A DNA stretch of 64,000 nt from Gemmatimonadaceae bacterium (GTDB lineage Bacteria > Gemmatimonadota > Gemmatimonadetes > Gemmatimonadales > Gemmatimonadaceae), in NCBI GenBank assembly GCA_040902075.1, contig JBBDXZ010000106.1, positions 4,417 to 68,416 on the forward strand, given 5' to 3'. Under the pieces are notes generated by a model that had not been told where the DNA came from, ran no database searches, and saw only the letters and a list, made by a program, of their open reading frames with translations. The position numbers and the translations under genes are program-made. Positions 17,011 through 26,358 of this stretch are shown piece by piece; within the stretch, counting starts at the first letter, position 1; every line of letters starts with the position of its first letter.

Positions 17011-17769
17011 ATGCTGGTACAGCTCGTCGAGAAGACCTGCGCCGCGATCGACGGTTTGAACATGGAAGATGCATTGCCCGGGCTGCAGCTCCAGCTCCGG
17101 CAGAGTGCTCCTGATGCAATCGCAAACCTCAGGACGGAAGGCGTGAAGCACGGAGGCAACCCGTCCGAGAACGACGCCGTCATGGGAGCGGCATTGCTGG
17201 CGCTCGTGTACGTCAAGGGCCTTCCGGCTCTTGCACGACTCATGGTGCAGAAGATGAAGGATCGGCGCATCGACGCTGCCCGGCGCTGCGCCGTCGCCGG
17301 CGTACTCGCTTATTTCGTTCAGCCGCACGACCTGATTCCCGACAATGCGCCGGGCGGTTACGGTTGGCTCGATGACGCGATTCTTCTGCGTGCCGGCCTG
17401 ATCGAGTACCTGAACCTGCTACCGCCAGGACAAACCAAGGTCGAGTTCGAGCAGAAAGTCGTGGGAATCCTCGTGGGCCTGACCCCGACTCACGTACGGC
17501 CTTCGCTCCAGCAGGCTATCGGCGCGATGTCGCTCGCCGTTCAGGTAATGGGCCTCATGGAGGGCGAGATCGCGGAGTTCGTCCTTGCGCAAGTGATAGC
17601 CAATCCGCTCAATACAGATCCGCCGGTCGTTCCGCCTGGCTTCAGACCTCACAGTGTTCCGAGTTATGATCGCGGACACTGGTCCGCGGGCATGTACTTC
17701 GAGGGAAACAGCGTGGTCATTCCCGGAGGACCATCACTGATCGACGGCCAGCTTTTCATTCCGACCTAA
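17011..17769 (+). CDS. DUF1232-like protein, paralogue B
   Basis: The ORF track gives 16867..17769, but the ATG at 17011 (MLVQLVEKTC...) aligns with the start of paralogue A and avoids overlapping the CHAT gene. It has the same DUF1232 core (YFVQPHDLIPDNAPGGYGWLDDAILLRAGL). It starts 28 nt after the CHAT stop, and its stop overlaps the convergent NlpC/P60 stop by 4 nt. Confidence 0.75.
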   Translation: MLVQLVEKTCAAIDGLNMEDALPGLQLQLRQSAPDAIANLRTEGVKHGGNPSENDAVMGAALLALVYVKGLPALARLMVQKMKDRRIDAARRCAVAGVLAYFVQPHDLIPDNAPGGYGWLDDAILLRAGLIEYLNLLPPGQTKVEFEQKVVGILVGLTPTHVRPSLQQAIGAMSLAVQVMGLMEGEIAEFVLAQVIANPLNTDPPVVPPGFRPHSVPSYDRGHWSAGMYFEGNSVVIPGGPSLIDGQLFIPT

Positions 17770-18473
17770 CCGTACCACTTCACCTTGAGCGCCTTGGCCG
17801 TTCCGCGACCCACCTCGCCATCCACGAGCAGGCCCTTCGACATCTGAAACGCCTGCACGGCCGCGGCGGTCTGCGGACCATAAACGCCGTCGATCGGGCC
17901 CGCGTGGAACCCGATCTTCTTGAGCCGACGCTGAACGTCCTTCACCAGCTCGCCCCTCATGAGAGGCGTCTTCACGCGCAGCACGAGCGCCGGACGCTTC
18001 GGCGGCTTCGGCGCGTCCTCCACCTTCACCGTGATCCCGGGGACGAGCACGCCGGTGTGCCAGCGACGCCCCTCGGATCTGCTCTCGATCACGCCCTTCT
18101 TCGAGGAATGTGCTTCGACGGTCTTTCCATTTCCCATGGAAATCACGACGTGGCCCACCGCGCCCCCCTCGGGCGCCCGCAGGAGAAACGCACCCGGCGT
18201 CGCGCTGGCCTGACCGATCGAGATCAGTTTCCCAAGCTTCCGCGCGTCCTCCATCCAGAAGCCGGAGTACGCGTCCGCGATATCCGGACCCTGCGCCCGC
18301 GGCCGGCAGCCAAACAGCTTGCCCGTCGCCTGGAACACGCACCACGACGCGAACTCGGCGCAGTCCCACGGACCCGCCCACTCGGGATTGCCCTTTGGCA
18401 CTTTGGCGCCGAGGACGTACTGCTCGCCCACGTGGGCGCGGGCGATGCGAAGAAGCGCCGCGGCAGTCGCCAT
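17766..18473 (-). CDS. NlpC/P60-family peptidase + peptidoglycan-binding (PG_binding_1) domain, no signal peptide
   Basis: 235-aa ORF. GPWDCAEFASWC carries the nucleophile Cys and GHVVISMG...VEAHS the His. The C-terminal L..G..G.DV..LQ..L...G...G.IDG.YG..T..AV..FQ pattern is the PGB domain. No N-terminal hydrophobic signal is visible. Confidence 0.8.
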   Translation of the reverse strand: MATAAALLRIARAHVGEQYVLGAKVPKGNPEWAGPWDCAEFASWCVFQATGKLFGCRPRAQGPDIADAYSGFWMEDARKLGKLISIGQASATPGAFLLRAPEGGAVGHVVISMGNGKTVEAHSSKKGVIESRSEGRRWHTGVLVPGITVKVEDAPKPPKRPALVLRVKTPLMRGELVKDVQRRLKKIGFHAGPIDGVYGPQTAAAVQAFQMSKGLLVDGEVGRGTAKALKVKWYG

Positions 18474-18475
18474 GC

Positions 18476-18799
18476 TTATAGTAGTCCTCCGATCCCCTTC
18501 AACGCCGCGGTCTCGATGACATCGAAGAACGCGTTGGCCGCGTCCTGCGCCGCCTTCTTGCCGATCGCCTGAACCGCGAGCAGCTCCGCCTTGAGCACGC
18601 GCTGCTCGTCCTCGAGCTCGGCCTCCATCGTCGCCTGATCGATCTTTCCGTCGGTGAATGCCGCGAGCAGGGAAGCGAGCGACTTCTTGTGCGCGGCAAC
18701 GATGTCCTTCATGTACTCGTGCGCGTCGCCGCCGGCCGACTTGAGCTTGCCAGTCGCGGCCTTCACCGCGTCGTTCCAGACGTCTTTCCAGTCCGCCAT
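18476..18799 (-). CDS. Small Ala/Lys-rich helical hypothetical protein
   Basis: 107-aa ORF ending 2 nt before the NlpC/P60 start. It is predicted all-helical by composition. No TM helix and no family recognised. Confidence 0.5.
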   Translation of the reverse strand: MADWKDVWNDAVKAATGKLKSAGGDAHEYMKDIVAAHKKSLASLLAAFTDGKIDQATMEAELEDEQRVLKAELLAVQAIGKKAAQDAANAFFDVIETAALKGIGGLL

Positions 18800-18800
18800 G

Positions 18801-18843
18801 GGTCCTCGGGGTCCTCGGGGTCCTCGGGGTCCTCGGGGTCCTC
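18801..18843. repeat. 9-bp tandem repeat GGTCCTCGG x4.8 filling an entire intergenic spacer
   Basis: Units at 18801, 18810, 18819 and 18828, plus a partial unit at 18837. On the coding (-) strand the unit is CCGAGGACC, and each copy carries a GAGGA Shine-Dalgarno-like core. It is bounded by the stop at 18845-18847 and the ATG at 18799. Confidence 0.9.
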
Positions 18844-18844
18844 G

Positions 18845-19309
18845 TCAGTACCGGTCGTCGCTGTCGGCTTTCGCGCGCTCGGCCTTCACCGCCGCGGTGA
18901 ACAGGCGCCGCATGACATCGCGGTGGCGATCGGTGAGCGCCGGATTGAATCCGTTGTCCTTGCGATGATCGGCGCGGTAGCGCGTGAACACCGTGTCGAT
19001 CTGCGCGACGATCCCACGCGACTCCGCGTTGAGCGGCCGCATGTCCTCGCGCAGCACCTGCACCCGGATCAATTCATGAATTTCGGCGTACCGGTCCGCG
19101 AATCGCGAGTAGACGCGCGCGCCCGGCTCCGTCGCATCCGTCATCGCGTCGAAGAGGCTCTCGATCTTGCCGTACGTCCGAAGGAGGCCCTCTTCGCTCT
19201 CGCGATTGTAGCTGTCGATGAGCCTGACCTTGCAGGCGCCCAAAGCGAGCGCAGTCGCGAAGAGCGCCGCGGCGAAACGCAGTCGCCGAGTCGAGGGACG
19301 TATTGTCAT
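18845..19309 (-). CDS. Hypothetical helical lipoprotein
   Basis: The ORF track gives 18845..19405. The internal Met at 19309 gives MTIRPSTRRLRFAAALFATALALGAC, a signal peptide plus lipobox. No family recognised. Confidence 0.55.
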   Translation of the reverse strand: MTIRPSTRRLRFAAALFATALALGACKVRLIDSYNRESEEGLLRTYGKIESLFDAMTDATEPGARVYSRFADRYAEIHELIRVQVLREDMRPLNAESRGIVAQIDTVFTRYRADHRKDNGFNPALTDRHRDVMRRLFTAAVKAERAKADSDDRY

Positions 19310-19444
19310 GGTGAGACGACAATGGGGCGCAATCGAGCGGCCGTAAAGGGGGCGCCTGTTTCTTAAGCTTCGCTCATGCGGCGGCTCTTCATCCTGCTCG
19401 GACAACCGTTGCTAAGATGACGTCCATGGTTTACTGTCGCGCTC

Positions 19445-19756
19445 ATGTACATGGTGCTCGCTTGGACCGTCGCCGCGGGACAGGACTCCGCTCAGGTGAC
19501 AGCGGACATCCAGAACGCGATCGCGGCGCGTGAGTTCATGAACCCCTTCGGCGTGTTCGAGAACCACATCATCGCCAACGTCGACCGCAACTACACCGCG
19601 ACGGATGAGCTGGCGGCGTTGGCTCAAAGTCTGAACGACACGGCGGCGGGCCGCTTTACCTTCGCCATGTACCTCGTGCCAAAAGGCAACTTCCCCTGGT
19701 TCTCGACCGACTTGGACCCGGAATCGGACACGTTCGACGCCATCGCGAGCTACTGA
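19445..19756 (+). CDS. Small hypothetical protein
   Basis: 103-aa ORF ending 2 nt before the next gene, so it is probably in the same operon. No family recognised. Confidence 0.4.
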   Translation: MYMVLAWTVAAGQDSAQVTADIQNAIAAREFMNPFGVFENHIIANVDRNYTATDELAALAQSLNDTAAGRFTFAMYLVPKGNFPWFSTDLDPESDTFDAIASY

Positions 19757-19758
19757 CG

Positions 19759-20811
19759 ATGAGTCGCCTTTTCACGATGATGGCCGTGGCGCTGACGAGC
19801 GCCAATATGCTGATTGCGCAAGGCGCCGAGCTTCACCCGCGGTCTCCGATCGTCTTTCTGGAGAAGACGTACTTCTTTCCCCTCGCACCGTACGATCGTT
19901 CGCTGCGCTTCGAGGGCGAGGCCGCCGGGCACTACTTCATCGTCAACCGGCTGGACTGGACGTGGACGAAGGAAGGTGGGTGGAGATACACGGTGCCGAT
20001 CAGCATGGTGTTCCACGTGCGAATGCTCGACATCACGTCGGAACCCGTGCGGACGCCATCGTACCGCATCGGACTGAGGCCGCAATTCATCCACGCATCG
20101 CCGGTCGGGGCCGATCCGGCGAAGTTCAGTTTGTTCGGCATCTCCGGCGGATTCACGCACTACTCGAACGGCCAGCAGGGTTGCACGTACCTGGGATTCA
20201 GTCGTCCGGCCCCCGATGCGGACTGCGTTGTGTCCAACGCCGCGCTCGCGGCGCAGCGCCGAGCCAATACGATTGATGGCGACTTCTCGACGTCGTATCT
20301 GTCGTTGGCAATACATGGGCAGCGGGGAAGACACTATGGCCTCGCCGGACCGACGAGATACCAGCACATCGCGACGCTGGAATTCCAGGCGCATCCGATT
20401 GGTCTGCCGCCCGGTGGCATGAACACGCAACAAGCGCTCGAGTACGGCCAGCACGTGGCCCGGGGGTCGTACGAGTTCGAGCTCCGGCCGCGGCGATGGG
20501 TCGATAAGAAGTGGCGCGGCCTGGCGCGACTCGGTGCGAAAGGCGGCTATCGCTTCTCTTACAAGGGTGGGCCCGACTGGACGTTTCTCACGCTCGAGAC
20601 GTCGTACGTCTTCGACTGTCTTCAGAAGTTCGGTGGCGTGTTTCGCACGCACCTCGGCAGCGACTACTACAACATCAACTTTCAGGACACGCGACCGCTG
20701 TTCGCCGTTGGTCTGATGTGGGACCTGTCGCGGATCGACGCGTTCAATCGCACGGGAATTCGCGGGACCGGGGGGCGGTCACAGAAGGTCTATACATGCA
20801 CGGGTGACTAA
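19759..20811 (+). CDS. Outer-membrane phospholipase A (PldA/OMPLA)-like beta-barrel protein
   Basis: 350-aa ORF with a signal peptide (MMAVALTSANMLIAQGA). GGFTHYSNGQ resembles the OMPLA catalytic H-x-S-N-G motif, and the sequence has an alternating beta-strand character. The family call rests mainly on that motif. Confidence 0.5.
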   Translation: MSRLFTMMAVALTSANMLIAQGAELHPRSPIVFLEKTYFFPLAPYDRSLRFEGEAAGHYFIVNRLDWTWTKEGGWRYTVPISMVFHVRMLDITSEPVRTPSYRIGLRPQFIHASPVGADPAKFSLFGISGGFTHYSNGQQGCTYLGFSRPAPDADCVVSNAALAAQRRANTIDGDFSTSYLSLAIHGQRGRHYGLAGPTRYQHIATLEFQAHPIGLPPGGMNTQQALEYGQHVARGSYEFELRPRRWVDKKWRGLARLGAKGGYRFSYKGGPDWTFLTLETSYVFDCLQKFGGVFRTHLGSDYYNINFQDTRPLFAVGLMWDLSRIDAFNRTGIRGTGGRSQKVYTCTGD

Positions 20812-20822
20812 GAACGAAACAG

Positions 20823-20993
20823 CGGACATAACTACGGACATAACGGCGGACATCAGAGCGGACATAACAGCGTACTTCGGTTTCCGCCGTCATGTCCGCC
20901 TTTGTGTCCGTAGTCATGTCCGTAGTGATGTCCGTAGTGATGTCCGTAGTGATGTCCGTAGTGATGTCCGCTGTTATGTCCGCTCTCATGTCC
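20823..20993. repeat. Large inverted array of 12-bp periodic units: 4x CGGACAT then 9x ATGTCCG (family 3)
   Basis: Forward units at 20823, 20835, 20847 and 20859. Reverse units run every 12 bp from 20892 to 20988, including four perfect GTAGTGATGTCC copies. The conserved left flank CTAAGAACGAAA supplies the TAA stop of 19759..20811. Confidence 0.9.
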
Positions 20994-21203
20994 TCATGTT
21001 CGCAGTTTGGTTTGACGGTCTGGAATGAATCTCGCGCAGAGCGTCCGGAGATGAAGCGTCTCGCTCTGGTCGCTCTGTTTGCGCTTTCCCTTCGCGACGG
21101 TGTGGCAGAATCCGACCGACGCGAATGAGACGTACGGCGGCGTCACCTTCCGGATCGACCGCCACGTTTCGACGACGAGGTGTCCATCGTAGGGTCTCGC
21201 GCG

Positions 21204-21635
21204 TTACTCGACGGCGTATCCCAGCGCGAGCGCGTTGTCGCGCACGCGGCTGTTGCGCGTCACGATGGTTATGAGCGGCGGGGGATCGGCGAGCAGCTCG
21301 GCGGTAGCGAGATGGATGGCGTCGAGCGTTCTGATTGGTTCCGCGGGGAAGGGACGACTGGCGCGCTGTAGCACGGCGTCGCCAACGCTCACGATGGTGC
21401 ACCGCCGTCCGAAGGTCTGAAGCGCCTGGAGCGCGGCGCGCTCTTGCGTCGCGCTGAGCCGGCCTGTGACGCGCGCGCGCACCACCGCACGATTCGTTTC
21501 CGTGAGTGTGAGCGCCGACGTCAAGCGGCGTCCTGGGACGCGAAGCGCGCGCAGCGCGGAGGCGTCCTGCTCCAGCAATGCGGCCAGAACCGCGCTGGAC
21601 TCCAGATAGCGGATCCGCGCCGGCGCTTCCTTCAC
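21204..21635 (-). CDS. vapC: PIN-domain toxin (VapC-like)
   Basis: The ORF track gives 21204..21743, which would overlap the antitoxin. A GTG at 21635 gives VKEAPARIRYLESSAVLAALL..., the PIN N-terminal acidic motif. It also has TLTE.NR and LDAIHLATA. It lies downstream of a Phd-type antitoxin. Confidence 0.75.
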   Translation of the reverse strand: MKEAPARIRYLESSAVLAALLEQDASALRALRVPGRRLTSALTLTETNRAVVRARVTGRLSATQERAALQALQTFGRRCTIVSVGDAVLQRASRPFPAEPIRTLDAIHLATAELLADPPPLITIVTRNSRVRDNALALGYAVE

Positions 21636-21675
21636 CCGACCGCCTTTGCGCGGGCGCGCCGCCCTGCGGGACGCC

Positions 21676-21942
21676 TTAGCCCTCGGCACGATCTTCGTCG
21701 AGGAGCGCGGCGGCAGATCCACGCGCCAGTTTGATCGGCACACTGGGCCAGTCCGCGAGCGGATCGCCCTCCTCTACGGCGGAGCGGATCGCGGACGGAG
21801 GCAACGCGCTGGCATCAGCGGACGGGCGCAACTCCGCGACTGCCCGCCCATGAGCCGTCACGATGATCCGCTCCCCTGCCGCGACGCGCCGCAGATATCG
21901 ACTGAGGTTGTTTTTCAGATCCCGGATGCCCGTGGTTGCCAT
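21676..21942 (-). CDS. Phd/YefM-type antitoxin
   Basis: MATTGIRDLKNNLSRYLRRVAAGERIIVTAHGRAVAEL is the classic Phd/YefM N-terminus. I chose the Met at 21942 over the track start at 21951. Confidence 0.8.
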   Translation of the reverse strand: MATTGIRDLKNNLSRYLRRVAAGERIIVTAHGRAVAELRPSADASALPPSAIRSAVEEGDPLADWPSVPIKLARGSAAALLDEDRAEG

Positions 21943-21949
21943 ACGGCAC

Positions 21950-21973
21950 AATGTAGCTCAATGTAGCTACATT
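21950..21973. promoter_or_regulatory. Putative TA operator: AATGTAGCT half-site + perfect palindrome AATGTAGCTACATT
   Basis: The half-site is at 21950-21958 and the 14-bp perfect palindrome at 21960-21973, starting 8 nt upstream of the antitoxin ATG. Type II antitoxins classically autoregulate through such sites. Confidence 0.5.
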
Positions 21974-22047
21974 CACTAGGCAGCCCTGGTCTCGAGCGCG
22001 CTTGCGACCACGGAGAAATGGTCGTAGCCTCACGATCGGAGGCGCCC

Positions 22048-22836
22048 ATGCGAACTCTCCTGCTGCTCGTCGTTCTTGCCGGTGCGATGACCGCGTGTAC
22101 CGCCTCGGTGCTGCCCGTCGTCGCCGAAGGTGATGCTCTCCGCGACGACCGACTCGTCGGATCGTGGGTCGCGCCCGAGGGCGAGCTTGCGACCGTGACC
22201 GCCGCGTCCGGACTCACCTACGACGTCCAGTACGTGGAGAAGGGCAAGCCGGGAAGATTCACGGGCCGGCTCGGAAGGGTCGGAGCGCACCTGGTGCTCG
22301 ACCTCTCACCGGCGGACCCGGCGCCCGAAGCGAACGACCTGTATCGCACCATGCTCATTCGCACCCACGGCATCCTCGTCATGGATTCCATCGGCGCCAT
22401 CCTCGGCACTCGAATGTTGAAGCCCGATTCTCTGAAAGCCTACCTCGAGCGCCTACCGAACGCCGTGCAGCACGTGATAGTCGAGGACTGGCTTGTCCTC
22501 ACTTCGTCATCCGCGGACACGCGACGGTTTCTCGCCGATTATCTAGGCCGTCCCGGCGTCCTGGACGAAGCCATGGTCTGGAAACCGGCGACGAGTGCCG
22601 TTACCGTGGGCACCACGGGCACCGCGCAGATCCGCATCGCTTCGGCCACGCCCAACGCCGTGCTGTACGTGAATGGCAAGGTCGAGAACCTCATCTCCGC
22701 AGCGCGAGACGTGACAGTCCCTGCGGGCGCGGTTCGTCTCTCGATCCGGGCTCCGTCGTGTCAGCCCTGGGACACCGTCGTGCAGGTCGCTCCAAACACG
22801 CGATACGCTATCGGCCGGCGCAATCCCCGCTGTTGA
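22048..22836 (+). CDS. Lipoprotein with C-terminal PEGA-like domain
   Basis: The Met at 22048 is preceded by GGAGG and gives MRTLLLLVVLAGAMTAC (lipobox). The C-terminal AVLYVNGK......VTVPAGAVRLSI...C.PWDTVV.V resembles a PEGA domain. Confidence 0.6.
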   Translation: MRTLLLLVVLAGAMTACTASVLPVVAEGDALRDDRLVGSWVAPEGELATVTAASGLTYDVQYVEKGKPGRFTGRLGRVGAHLVLDLSPADPAPEANDLYRTMLIRTHGILVMDSIGAILGTRMLKPDSLKAYLERLPNAVQHVIVEDWLVLTSSSADTRRFLADYLGRPGVLDEAMVWKPATSAVTVGTTGTAQIRIASATPNAVLYVNGKVENLISAARDVTVPAGAVRLSIRAPSCQPWDTVVQVAPNTRYAIGRRNPRC

Positions 22837-22852
22837 CCTAAGAGCGAAAGTG

Positions 22853-22927
22853 CGGACATAAGAGCGGACATCACAGCGGACCATGATTTTCGTAGTCATG
22901 TCCGCCTTTATGTCCGCAGTCATGTTC
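22853..22927. repeat. Inverted 12-bp periodic array, 3x CGGAC(A/C) + 3x ATGT(C/T)C (family 3)
   Basis: Forward units at 22853, 22865 and 22877 and reverse units at 22898, 22910 and 22921. The left flank CTAAGAGCGAAAG matches that of the 20823 array. It starts right after the stop of 22048..22836. Confidence 0.85.
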
Positions 22928-23015
22928 TACTGTTTACGAGGGTTGTACCCACCCCTACCTTAGACTCGCGTTCCGCCCCCCTACCACCTAACACCTGGCA
23001 CCCATCACCTACCCG

Positions 23016-26183
<3,168 letters not shown>

Positions 26184-26204
26184 CGAATGGGAACCGGCGC
26201 GGTC

Positions 26205-26223
26205 ATGTCCGCCTTTCTGTCCG
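26205..26223. repeat. Two-unit 12-bp half-array (ATGTCCG / CTGTCCG), family 3
   Basis: atgtccg at 26205 and ctgtccg at 26217, 22 nt after the kinase stop. Confidence 0.5.
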
Positions 26224-26358
26224 AAGTTACCGACACAACAGTGTCCTGCCTCGGCTACACTCACCCCGCTCGCTCTAACCGCTGTTAGAGCAGAAGTACG
26301 CAAACGATAAGCAGTTAGGCGCAGACTGGCGCGCTGGCCGCGCGAATGCATTCGCCTC

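Noticed and set aside
6229-19405. The protease island as a prophage or integrative element.
   Set aside because: I found no integrase, recombinase, transposase, tRNA attachment site, or capsid, tail or terminase genes. The only mobility-related signals are the bracketing paralogous repeats and the REP/MITE-like elements, so I make no claim of mobility.
20823-20993. Possibility that the periodic arrays are CRISPR loci.
   Set aside because: The period is 12 bp and there are no unique spacers. The two arms are inverted relative to each other, and no cas genes are present in the window.
20744-21028. ORFs 20744..20989(-) and 20804..21028(+), which encode TDIT/VRSD repeat peptides.
   Set aside because: They are simply translations of the 12-bp periodic DNA array, which is open in several frames on both strands. 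There is no start context or signal, so I treat them as a DNA-level repeat.
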